Assembly (NCBI GenBank): GCA_963705305.1
Contig: OY970067.1
Coordinates: forward strand, 2,496,001-2,560,000
Reading direction: 5' to 3'
From: an uncultured Methylomirabilota bacterium
GTDB lineage: Bacteria > Methylomirabilota > Methylomirabilia > Methylomirabilales > 2-02-FULL-66-22
Length of the DNA stretch: 64,000 bases
In this document: one piece after another, positions 1 through 9,074 of the stretch
Numbering within the stretch: the first letter of the stretch is position 1
Layout: each line of letters starts with the position of its first letter
Translations under genes and position numbers: made by a program
The notes under the pieces: generated by a model
What the model was told of the DNA's origin: nothing
Databases searched by the model: none
What the model saw: only the letters and a program-made list of their open reading frames with translations

Positions 1-137
1 GCAGCTCTCTCACGACAAAGGCGGATTGTGCCGCCAGCGCCCACGGCGTCAGTGCAGCGAACTTCGCGAGCGATGACGCCGCGAAGCCCGACACATGGCT
101 TGTGACCGTTACTTGTGGGTGCATACGTTGACTTGGG

Positions 138-195
138 GGCTAACGATCCGAATCAGCGGCGGCCGCAGGCTGGCCGCTGGACTCGGAGGTTAGCC
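138..195 (-). other. Integron attC recombination site (58 bp)
   Basis: Minus strand reads GGCTAAC (R'', contains toxin TAA stop) ...TCCAGCGG...CCGCTGA... GTTAGCC (R', GTTRRRY-like); imperfect palindrome of classic attC size. Confidence 0.75.
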
Positions 196-528
196 GCCGA
201 TGATTTCATTCAGCCCTTCGATGACCTGGTCGATCGCTTCTGGTGGCACGCGGGCCATTCGCTTTCCGAGACGTTCCACAGACAGCGTACGAATCTGACT
301 GATCTTGATACATGACCGTTTCGGCAAACCTGGAGTGCTCAACTCGAGTGTGAGGGGGAAGCCTGCCTTTTGCGGTTGGCTGGTCAGGGCCACGGCGATG
401 ACAACACCCGATCTCTCGTTGAAGACATCTTGACTGAGCACCAGGACAGGTCGTTGCCCTGATTGCTCGTGCCCTCGGCTAGGGTCCAAGTTGGCCCAGT
501 AAACCTCACCCCTCAGTATTCTGGCCAT
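190..528 (-). CDS. PemK/MazF family endoribonuclease toxin
   Basis: [34 protein letters not shown]...ISQIRTLS signature; overlaps upstream antitoxin. Confidence 0.92.
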   Translation of the reverse strand: MARILRGEVYWANLDPSRGHEQSGQRPVLVLSQDVFNERSGVVIAVALTSQPQKAGFPLTLELSTPGLPKRSCIKISQIRTLSVERLGKRMARVPPEAIDQVIEGLNEIIGG

Positions 529-755
529 TCGCCCACGTCCTGTGAGATGCCTTCTTCGGCGAGGGCCTTCTCGTACTTCGGATCGAGCTTGGCGCATTCA
601 CGGGCAAGACGACTCCGGTTGACTCTGGACAGTTTCTCTTGAACTGCCTCTTGGATTGCCTTGCTCCGATTGGGGAAGACTTTGGACGAAACAAGTTGAT
701 CGAGCTTCCCCAAGAGCTCTTCTTCGATCGTGATTGCAATCTTCGCTGTGCCCAT
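513..755 (-). CDS. CopG/ribbon-helix-helix antitoxin
   Basis: [15 protein letters not shown]...[13 protein letters not shown] pattern, acidic C-terminus ending WPEY, directly upstream of toxin. Confidence 0.88.
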   Translation of the reverse strand: MGTAKIAITIEEELLGKLDQLVSSKVFPNRSKAIQEAVQEKLSRVNRSRLARECAKLDPKYEKALAEEGISQDVGEWPEY

Positions 756-769
756 CGGGTTTCGCCTCC

Positions 770-790
770 GGTATTACGATATATCATACC
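770..790 (-). promoter_or_regulatory. Probable TA autoregulatory operator/promoter
   Basis: GGTAT-tac-GATATATC-ATACC inverted repeats in AT-rich stretch just upstream of antitoxin. Confidence 0.45.
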
Positions 791-818
791 ATTGGTCTTT
801 TCAAGTCTCTTCTTCCGG

Positions 819-995
819 CTAACAGGGATTATACAGTCTGTCCAAAGCTGCAGCGGGCCGCACGTAGATGTCCAGGTCCCCCGTGAACCGTGGAGCCTCG
901 TGGAAGGCCAGCACATAGCCGTCCACGATCATGTACTCGACGCTATGCGCGCTGAATAACTCGAGCGGTTCTCTGAAGTCTGGCTGTACTTCCAT
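819..995 (-). pseudogene. Truncated nucleotidyltransferase-family gene
   Basis: DFREPLELFSAHSVEYMIVDGYVLAFHEAPRFTGDLDIYV matches a minimal NTase N-terminus (GG changed to DG) and ends after ~58 aa. Confidence 0.6.
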
Positions 996-1120
996 GGTAT
1001 TGCCTTCGCAAGTAGTCCACGACGGCAACCCGTTCGGCTGAGGGCCGGCTCAGCCGGTAGGCAAGGTCTTCTCGCCGGGTGTCCGAGCCGAGACGCCGCT
1101 TGCGGATGACTTTCCGTATC
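943..1120 (-). pseudogene. Small partner ORF of the NTase pair (start unclear)
   Basis: EDLAYRLSRPSAERVAVVDYLRRQYHGSTARLQRTARVIQR resembles short proteins found upstream of such NTases. Confidence 0.4.
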
Positions 1121-1178
1121 GTGGCTGATCTCGGTCGAGCCTCAGATGGCCGGACACGTTGCGTTTCTCCGGAATACG

Positions 1179-1436
1179 TAGCAGGGTGCTGAAAAACCCG
1201 CTTTCCTCCAGGCTGCTCAAAAAGGTCCAGATGTCCCTCGACATCGCTCGGGACCGTGAGCCTGTCGAACGGCAAGGCGGCGTCACCCATCCCTTGGGAT
1301 GGATACCCGCCGCGGGGTACCCACCGGAGGTGGGTCGGAGGCGTACTGACGGGTACGTCGCAGCGTCGCGGGAACGCGCGGGGTACCCGTCCGCAAGATG
1401 GGTCCCCGCAGATGGGCCTTTTTCAGCAGCCTGCTA
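1179..1436. repeat. MITE-like repeat copy A with nested inserts
   Basis: TAGCAGGGTGCTGAAAAA...TTTTTCAGCAGCCTGCTA ends; related to copies at 13031, 53522 and 57970. Confidence 0.8.
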
Positions 1437-2076
1437 CAGCTTCCGCAGGATGCCCACCACCTTGCCGAGGATCTGAAAGTTCTTCTCGCCCGGACGGATC
1501 TCGATGGGGGGCATGCTGGGGTGCTCCGGCTGAAGGACGATCATGCCGGGCTTGAACTGGATGCGCTTGACGGTCGCCTCGTCGTTCACCAGGGCCACCA
1601 CCACGTCCCCGTTCTCGGCGGTGGACTGGCGGCGCACTAGGGCGTGGTCGCCAGGGAGGATGTGGGCCCCGATCATGCTCTCGCCCTGGACCTTCAGGAT
1701 GAAGGCGTCGTCCCCATTCACCCAGTCGCGCGAGACCGCCAGGGTTCCCTCGATGTTCTGTTCGGACGTTCAGGGGGTCGCCGGCGGCCACCCGGCCCAG
1801 GATGGGCAGTTCACGGAACGGCGCGGAATCCTTCCGGGCCGGCGCTGCCGAGAGAGCCGCCGCCGGCTCGAGGAGCTGGAGAGAGCGCGACTTGGTGGCG
1901 GTGCGGCGAAGGTAGCCCTTGCGCTCCAGGGCCTTGAGGTGGTCGAAGACGCTGCGGGGCACGAAGCCGAAGTGTGCACCGATCTCGCGGACGGTGGGGG
2001 GATATCCCGCCTGAGTCATGAACCGGCGGATGAAATCCAGGATCTCGCGCTGTCGGGCCGTGAGCTGTGGTCGCAT
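1434..2076 (-). CDS. lexA: LexA repressor, +1 frameshift at 1764-1771 (probably a sequence error)
   Basis: LTARQREILDFI...YPPTVREIG wHTH, VAAG cleavage site; GESM and ATVKR catalytic motifs in the second frame. Confidence 0.9.
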
Positions 2077-2102
2077 CGTGCCTTCCTCGATCTCCGTGCT
2101 CT

Positions 2103-2130
2103 CTTACCATACGCATGTATGGTAAGTCAA
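2103..2130 (-). promoter_or_regulatory. lexA promoter with candidate LexA operator
   Basis: Perfect inverted repeat CTTACCATAC-GCAT-GTATGGTAAG overlapping TTGACT (-35, minus strand). Confidence 0.65.
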
Positions 2131-2237
2131 GGACAATGTGGGGGGCGGCCGGGAGATCCCGGGCGCTGGCGGTCCGGACACCGACAGCGGGGGAGGAGCA
2201 GAAAGGCCGTCGTAGTGGGCCGGCAGTTCGAATTAGG

Positions 2238-2289
2238 ATTGAAACGTTTCAATTTTCTCTTGACATGGCCGGGCGGCACGCCCTATGTT
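2238..2289 (+). promoter_or_regulatory. LacI-type operator plus sigma70 promoter
   Basis: Perfect palindrome ATTGAAACGTTTCAAT (central CG typical of LacI sites), then TTGACA-N18-TATGTT. Confidence 0.75.
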
Positions 2290-2412
2290 CTCGCCGTCTC
2301 GCTGGACGTTCGGGGACAATCGCGCCGCCGCGCGGCCCCGTCCCGCACGCCCGAGGCGGCGTCGTGAACGTCCGGTTTCCCTGAATCCTCTCCAACCGCC
2401 GGGAGCTTCCCG

Positions 2413-3495
2413 ATGGTGACGATCAAGGACGTGGCGCGCACCGCCGGCGTTTCCCTGGGGACGGCGTCGCAGGCCTTGCGCGGCAGTGCCAGCGTGCGGG
2501 AGGCGACCCGCCGCCGCGTGCTGGCCGCCGCCGCCCGCCTGCGCTACCGGCCCAGCGCCCTGGCCCGCGGGCTGGTCACCCATCGCACCCACACCATCGG
2601 CCTCCTCATCTCCGACATCGGCAACCCCTTCTTCATCCGGGCGGTCCGGGCGGTGGAAGACGTGGCCAACGAAAACGGCTACAACATCATCCTGTGCAAC
2701 ACCGACGAGGATCCCCGCAAGGAGATGCAGTACCTCGGGGTGCTGGTGGAGAAGCGTGTGGACGGCATCATCCTGGCCACCACGGCGGAGAGCCGCCAGG
2801 TGGTACGGGACGTGCGCCGAGAGCGCATCCCGCTGGTGCTGTTCGATCGCGCCTGGCCCGGGATCGCAGCGGATACTGTCACGGTGGACGGGATGCTGGG
2901 CGGGCGCCTGGCCACGGAGCACCTGCTAGGCCTCGGCCACCGCCGCATTGCCATCATTCACGGCCCCAGCAAGCGATCCACCGGCAGCGAGCGGCTGCTG
3001 GGCTACCTGGCGGCCCTGGCGGATGCGGGAATCCGCGCGGCAACCGAGCTGATCCGTGAAGGGGACTTCAAGCAGGACAGCGGTCACCGGCTGGCGCACG
3101 AACTGTTAGGGATCGCCCCGCGCCCCACGGCGCTGTTCTGCACCAACAATCTCATGACGGTCGGGGCGCTGCATGCCTTGCGCGAGCTGGGGCTCCGGAT
3201 CCCGCGGGACCTCTCCCTGGTGGGCTACGACGATATGGAGTGGTGGACGCTGACCCAGCCTCCCCTCACCACGGTGGGGCAGCCGGTCTACGCGCTGGGC
3301 CGCGAGGCCATGCGCCTGCTCTTGGAGCGGATCGGCTCGCGGACGGGCCGCCGGCCACGCCATGTCGTGCTGAAGCCGGAGCTGATCGCACGGGAGTCCT
3401 GCGGGCCCCCGCCACAGGCCCGGGAGGGCCCCGGTCCGAGCTCGAGACGGAAGGCGGGCCGTGTCGGAGGAATCGGGAAGGAAAGGGTACCGTGA
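2413..3495 (+). CDS. LacI family transcriptional regulator
   Basis: VTIKDVARTAGVSLGTAS HTH plus periplasmic-binding-like domain (SLVGYDD, PPLTTV). Confidence 0.95.
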   Translation: MVTIKDVARTAGVSLGTASQALRGSASVREATRRRVLAAAARLRYRPSALARGLVTHRTHTIGLLISDIGNPFFIRAVRAVEDVANENGYNIILCNTDEDPRKEMQYLGVLVEKRVDGIILATTAESRQVVRDVRRERIPLVLFDRAWPGIAADTVTVDGMLGGRLATEHLLGLGHRRIAIIHGPSKRSTGSERLLGYLAALADAGIRAATELIREGDFKQDSGHRLAHELLGIAPRPTALFCTNNLMTVGALHALRELGLRIPRDLSLVGYDDMEWWTLTQPPLTTVGQPVYALGREAMRLLLERIGSRTGRRPRHVVLKPELIARESCGPPPQAREGPGPSSRRKAGRVGGIGKERVP

Positions 3496-3677
3496 CAGAC
3501 CTCCCGTCGCGGCCCCCGCCGGCCGGAGAAACTCCGCCGGAGGCGATCAGCGGGGGGGCGCTGTCGGTTGGAGTGTCGACCCGGGTGCGAACAGGGGGAC
3601 GTGGAGTGCGCTGAGGCGGACAGGCGCTCCTGGGGTGGGGGAGACATGGAAGGCAAAGGAACAAGGAGGAGGTCGTC

Positions 3678-4656
3678 ATGAAGACCTGGCTGAGTGCGTT
3701 GGCGGGCATCGGTGTGATGTGCCTTTTCTCGGCGACGGTCGACGCGGCCACCGTCCTCCGGTGGGGCGACGTCCAAGCGCAGGATCACGTGGCATACAGG
3801 ATGATCGAGCGGGCCGCCAAGAAGGTCGGCGAGGCCACCCAAGGGCGAGTGCAGATCCAGGGCTATCCGAACAGCCAGCTCGGCAGCTCCAAGGACATGA
3901 TCGAGGCGGTGTCGCTGGGGACCCAGGACATGGTGACCGAAGGGGCGGCGAATATCGGCCAGTTCGTGTCGGCGATCTCAGTCCTCGAGGCGCCGTACGT
4001 CTGGCGGGACGCGGCGCATCTCGCCAAGGTCATGGCCGGTCCCATCGGGCAGGAGCTCAACACGCTTCTCATCCAACAGCGCGGCATGCGGATCGTCGGC
4101 ACGACCTACTACGGGGTACGGCAGCTTACCACCACCAACAAGCCCGTCCGGACCGCGGCCGACATGAAGGATTTCAAGCTGCGGGTTCCCGAGAACGACG
4201 TCTTTCTGGCCATGGCCCGGGCCTGGGGAGCCAAGCCGACCCCGATGACGTTCGGCGAGCTGTACCTGGCGCTGCGGCAGAACGTGGTGGACGGCCAGGA
4301 GAATCCGCTCCCCACCATCGAGTCAGGCAAATTCTTCGAGGTACAGAAGTACCTGGTGCTCACCAGCCATATCCTGACTCCGCGATTGGTGCTGGTCAAC
4401 GAGAAGGTCTGGCAGAGCATCTCGGCCGCCGATCGGCAGATCGTCAGCAGCGCCGTGGCCGAGGCGATTGCCTGGAACAACCAGGAAACCCTCGAGGCCG
4501 AGCGGGTGCTGGTGGACAAATTCAAGAAGGCGGGGATGGAGGTAATCCAGCCGGACGTTCGAATCGTTCCGGAAACCCGTGCTCGACACTCTCCCCAAGA
4601 TGTTCGAGGCGAAGTGGGGGAAGGGCCTCTACGAGCGGATCGTGGAGACAAAATAA
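3678..4656 (+). CDS. dctP: TRAP transporter substrate-binding protein, +1 frameshift at 4553-4560
   Basis: Signal peptide; KLRVP and ELYLALRQNVVDGQENP motifs; C-terminus ESFRKPVL...YERIVETK in shifted frame, stop abuts dctQ ATG. Confidence 0.88.
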
Positions 4657-5190
4657 ATGACAGGGGCGAGTGCGGCACATCCGGCTCACGGGGCGGCAGC
4701 CGCGCCATTGGCGCGGCTGACCGCCGCCCTGGATCGATGCACCTGCTGGATCTGCGTCGCTCTGCTGGCGGCGATCTTCGTGATCATGATCCTGCAGGTG
4801 ACGTGTCGGTACGTGCTGGGGTCCCCATTGGTCTGGAGCGAGGAGGCCTCCCGATACCTCTATATCTGGGTGTGCTATCTGGGGGCGCCGATCGCCTTGC
4901 GTCGGGGAAACCACATTGCGATCACGCTGCTGGCGGACCAGCTGCCCGCACGACTCGCGCGCATGATCGCCGTCACCTGGCAGATTGTCGCCTTCCTGTT
5001 TCTCATCGAGCTGGGAATCCAGGGGGCGATCCTCGCGGTGCGCTCGCACAGCCTGATTGCCATCACCATTCCGATCCCCTGGTCCCTCATCTACATGGCG
5101 GTGCCCATTTCGGCCGTCCTGATGATGCTGGAAACCGCTGAGGCCATCTGGATCCCGCGTGGGGGCCCGCTGAAGGAGATGCAACTATGA
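4657..5190 (+). CDS. dctQ: TRAP transporter small permease
   Basis: QVTCRYVLGSPLVWSEEASRY...HIAI, about 4 TM segments. Confidence 0.9.
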   Translation: MTGASAAHPAHGAAAAPLARLTAALDRCTCWICVALLAAIFVIMILQVTCRYVLGSPLVWSEEASRYLYIWVCYLGAPIALRRGNHIAITLLADQLPARLARMIAVTWQIVAFLFLIELGIQGAILAVRSHSLIAITIPIPWSLIYMAVPISAVLMMLETAEAIWIPRGGPLKEMQL

Positions 5191-6464
5191 TCGGCGGCCC
5201 CCTCATCTGGATGTGGCTTCCCCTCATGCTGGTGGGGATGCCGATCTTCCTGGCCATCGGCACGGCCTGCACGGTGTACCTGATGGTCCACGGGGAAGTT
5301 CTCCTCTCGATTCCCCAGCGGCTGACGGCCTCCGCCAATTCGTTCCCGCTGCTGGCGGCGCCGTTCTTCATGTTGACCGGCATGGCGATGAACACCGCCG
5401 GCATCACCCGCCGCATCTTCGATTTTGCCGAATGTCTGGTCGGACGGTTCCGCGGGGGTCTGGCGCACGTCTGCATCGTGGCCAGCATGATCTTCGCCGG
5501 GATGTGCGGGTCGGCAGTCGCGGAGGCTGCGGGCCTCGGGACGATAGAGATCCAAGCCATGGCCGAGGCCGGATATCCCCGACCCTTCGCCGCCGGCATC
5601 ACGGCGGCCGCCGCAACGATTGGTCCCATCATCCCGCCCAGCGTCCCCCTCTTGATCTATGGGGTCATCGCGGAGGCCTCCATCGGCCGGCTTTTCCTTG
5701 GGGGGGTGATCCCGGGACTCCTGATGGGCGGCTCCCTCATGATCATGGTGGTATGGATGGCCAAGCGCCGGGGCTTCGGCTTGCGGCCCGCCCCCACCTT
5801 CCGCACCGTCATGACGAAGACCCGGAGAGCCCTCCTGTCCCTCATGACGCCGGCCATCCTGTTCGGGGGGATGTTCGGCGGGATGTTTACGCCCACCGAG
5901 GCAGCATTCGCCGCCGCCCTGTATGGGATCCTTCTGGGGATGGTCATCTACAGGGAGATCCGCTGGCGAGACCTGCCCCGCCTCTTCCTGGACACGGTGG
6001 AGACCAACGGCGTGGTCCTCGTGCTGGTCATGACGGCCTCGCTGTTCGGGTGGGTGATGGCCCGCGCCCAGGTGAACCAGCAGCTGGGGGCCCTGCTGCT
6101 GGGGACGACCAAGAACCCCCTCGCCCTCCTCATGATCATCAACGTATTTCTCCTGATCGTGGGGTGTTTCATGGAGACCCTGGCGGCCATGGTCATCCTG
6201 GTCCCGGTGCTCCTGCCGGTGGTCACGGCGGTGGGGGTCGACCCGGTCCACTTCGGGGTCGTGATGGTCCTGAATCTGATCATCGGCACGTTGACCCCGC
6301 CCATCGGGATCGTCCTGTTCGTCATGGCGCGCGTGGCCAACCTCTCCTTCGAGGAAGTAACCCGGGCCACGGCCCCGTTCCTGATTCCCCTGATTACCGT
6401 TCTGATCCTGATCACGATTTTCCCGGAACTGGTGCTCTACCTGCCGCGACTCATTCTGGGTTGA
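5187..6464 (+). CDS. dctM: TRAP transporter large permease
   Basis: GGLAHV...FAGMCGSAVA, GPIIPPS, TPPIG motifs; very hydrophobic. Confidence 0.93.
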   Translation: MIGGPLIWMWLPLMLVGMPIFLAIGTACTVYLMVHGEVLLSIPQRLTASANSFPLLAAPFFMLTGMAMNTAGITRRIFDFAECLVGRFRGGLAHVCIVASMIFAGMCGSAVAEAAGLGTIEIQAMAEAGYPRPFAAGITAAAATIGPIIPPSVPLLIYGVIAEASIGRLFLGGVIPGLLMGGSLMIMVVWMAKRRGFGLRPAPTFRTVMTKTRRALLSLMTPAILFGGMFGGMFTPTEAAFAAALYGILLGMVIYREIRWRDLPRLFLDTVETNGVVLVLVMTASLFGWVMARAQVNQQLGALLLGTTKNPLALLMIINVFLLIVGCFMETLAAMVILVPVLLPVVTAVGVDPVHFGVVMVLNLIIGTLTPPIGIVLFVMARVANLSFEEVTRATAPFLIPLITVLILITIFPELVLYLPRLILG

Positions 6465-6595
6465 TCGAGAGGAGGCCGCATCCGGATCTTGACGCCGCCA
6501 CTGGCCCGGGAGGGCGTCGTCGTGAGGCCCGAATCCGCCCCGGATGCGGCGGCCGGGCAGAGGGGCCCGGAAGGGTCCGGACCGGCACGATGGGC

Positions 6596-6629
6596 TTGAC
6601 AGCCGGGATTGGACTGGATAGGGTGTCAA
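6596..6629 (+). promoter_or_regulatory. sigma70 promoter with TTGACA/TGTCAA inverted repeat
   Basis: TTGACA-N17-TAGGGT; TGTCAA overlaps the end of the -10. Confidence 0.45.
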
Positions 6630-6675
6630 TGAAGCATTGGTCACCGTGGCCTATTCACACAGGGAGGACGCCGTC

Positions 6676-8031
6676 ATGAAGGCACGCAGAGGAAAGGGAG
6701 GCGGTTCGAACGGGATCACCCGGCGAGACGTGCTTCGGCTGGGTGCCACGGCCGCGGCCGGGGTTGCCTTCGGTCCGTTCGTGAGCACTCCGGCCCGCGC
6801 CCAGAGCTTCAACTGGCAGCGGTACAAGGGGAAGGAGCTGTTCCTGCTGCTCTACAAGCATCCCTGGGTGGACGAGATGGTGACCCACCTCCCGGAATTC
6901 GAGTCGCTCACGGGCATCAAGGTCCGCTACGAGGTGCTTCCCGAGGTCCAGGGCCGCCAGAAGTTCGTCGTGGAGATGACGGCGGGGACCGGCGGAATCG
7001 ATGCCTGGCATGCCAGCATGCATGTGGAGAAGCGGCGGGCCTGGAAGTTCGGCTGGTTCCAGCCGCTGAATAAGTTCCTCGATGACAAGACCCTCACGGC
7101 ACCGGACTTCGATTGGAACGACTTTACCAAGGGATCGCATCAGGATGTGACCCAGCCGGATAAGACCAGCAGCGCGATTCCGACCTTCGTGGATGTCTTC
7201 ACCCTTTTCTACCGCAAGGACCTCTTCCAGCAGAAGGGGATCCAGGTTCCCAAGACCATGGCCGACCTGGAAGCGGCCGCCAAAAAACTGCACGATCCCC
7301 CCAGGATGTACGGGTTTGTGTCCCGCGGGCTGAAGAACGCCAACGCCACACCATGGGGATGGGTCGTGTATTCTTTCGGTGGGGAATACACTACCGCGGA
7401 TGGCAAGTCGGCCATCAATACCCCTGCCTGGATCAAGTCCATGGACTGGTACGCGGGGATGCTCCGGAACTACGGGCCTCCCGGAGTGGTGAACTTCAAC
7501 TGGTACGAGTGCAGCTCGGCCTTCATGCAGGACCAGGCGGCCATCTACTTTGATGGGGTGAACTTCGCCAATCAGTTCGAGGATCCCAGCAAGTCCAAGG
7601 TCGCCGGGAAGGTGGGCTACGCGGTGCTGCCGGCGGGGCCGGCCGCCCACGTGGCGCCGACCTACACCAACGCCATGGCGATCAGCGCGCAGAGCCACAA
7701 CAAGGAGGCCGCCTGGTTCTTCGTCCAGTGGGCGGTCAACAAGGAGAATTGCAAGCGCGAGCTCCTGTCGGGCGTCGGGGTCGCCCGCATGTCCACCTGG
7801 AACGAGCCGGAGGTGCTGGCCAAGCCCAAGATGCCGCGGGATTGGTACACGGCCTACCTGGACAGCCTGAAGATCGGCCGGGCGGGCCTGCCCGAGATCA
7901 TGGATGTGACGCAGTACCGGGACATCATCGGCGTCGCCATCCAGCGGGCGATCGAGGGGGCAAAATCGGCGGACCTCATCCCTCAGGTCGACAAGGATTT
8001 CCAGGACCTCTTAAACAAGACGGAGAAGTAA
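6676..8031 (+). CDS. Sugar ABC transporter substrate-binding protein (Tat signal)
   Basis: TRRDVL twin-arginine signal; LFYRKDLF...PKTMADL family-1 SBP motif; GGAGG RBS. Confidence 0.9.
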   Translation: MKARRGKGGGSNGITRRDVLRLGATAAAGVAFGPFVSTPARAQSFNWQRYKGKELFLLLYKHPWVDEMVTHLPEFESLTGIKVRYEVLPEVQGRQKFVVEMTAGTGGIDAWHASMHVEKRRAWKFGWFQPLNKFLDDKTLTAPDFDWNDFTKGSHQDVTQPDKTSSAIPTFVDVFTLFYRKDLFQQKGIQVPKTMADLEAAAKKLHDPPRMYGFVSRGLKNANATPWGWVVYSFGGEYTTADGKSAINTPAWIKSMDWYAGMLRNYGPPGVVNFNWYECSSAFMQDQAAIYFDGVNFANQFEDPSKSKVAGKVGYAVLPAGPAAHVAPTYTNAMAISAQSHNKEAAWFFVQWAVNKENCKRELLSGVGVARMSTWNEPEVLAKPKMPRDWYTAYLDSLKIGRAGLPEIMDVTQYRDIIGVAIQRAIEGAKSADLIPQVDKDFQDLLNKTEK

Positions 8032-8134
8032 GGGTCGTCGAAGAAGCCGACGCGGTCTGGCCCCCGGGATGCCGCCGGGGGCCAGACGCGTTGGCCGCCG
8101 CCTCGTCACTGACGAAACCCCCGGACCCCGACTC

Positions 8135-9074
8135 ATGCCCAACCAGCCGACCGCCGTCCCGCTGTCCGCCGCCGCAGGGAGCCCCTCCTTCTGGGCGCGT
8201 CTCTCGCGGCTGATGCACCGGCACGCCCGCGTCATTTTCCCCGCGCCGGCCGTCCTCGTCGTGGCCATCATCATCGTGTATCCGGTATTCTATACAGGCT
8301 GGATGAGCCTCCAGCAGTGGGTGCTGGCCAGTATCGCCCCGCCCAAGTTCCTGGGGCTGGCCAACTACCAGGAGATCGCCCTGCGGGACGCGAGATTCCA
8401 CTGGGCCTTTCTCCGCACGCTCTACTTCACGCTGCTGGCGGTCACGGCGGAGACCGCCCTGGGGGTCGGGATGGCCCTGCTTTTCAACCGCGAGTTCTGG
8501 GGGCGGGGCCTCATGCGGACCCTGTCCATCCTGCCCATGGTGGCCACGCCCACCGCCATCGCCCTCATCTTCGTCATGATGTACCATCCCACCCTGGGCG
8601 TGGTGAACTATCTCCTGAGCCTCGTCGGGATCGGCCGCTTCATGGCCATCTACAGCAGCCGGACCTCCCTCTACGCCCTGGCGCTGGTGGACGTTCTGGG
8701 AGTGGACCCCCCTGATCATGCTGATCGCACTGGCGGGGCTGGCGGCGCTGCCGAAGGAGCCCTACGAGTCGGCCCGGATCGACGGCGCCTCGGCCCTTCA
8801 GTCCTTCTGGTACATCACCCTTCCTCTGCTCCGCCCGACCATCGTGGTGGCCGTGCTTTTCCGGGCCATCGATGCGCTGAAGACGTTCGACATCATCTTC
8901 GTGATGACCCAGGGGGGACCGGGGAACTCCTCCGAAACCATCAATATCCTGCTCTTTAACCAGGCCTTCTCCTACTTCAATATGGGGTACGCCTCGGCCA
9001 TCGCCGTGGCCCTGTTTGCCCTGGTCATGGGGGCGTCGGTCTTCCTGATGAAGGTGCGGAGGGTGGGGTGGTGA
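8135..9074 (+). CDS. Sugar ABC transporter permease, +1 frameshift at 8689-8696
   Basis: FLGLANY...; removing one T restores DVWEWTP; EAA loop YESARIDGA in second frame. Confidence 0.88.

Noticed and set aside
811..823. TCCGGCTAAC resembling the IS1380 TIR
   Set aside because: Only a short match with no partner end; better explained as the cassette core site GTTAGCC.
1179..1436. CRISPR-like array
   Set aside because: Repeats are dispersed and nested palindromes with no regular repeat-spacer period, and no cas genes are present.
3678..5141. 487-aa DctP with a long C-terminal extension
   Set aside because: The extension results from the +1 frameshift at 4553-4560 and overlaps dctQ out of frame.
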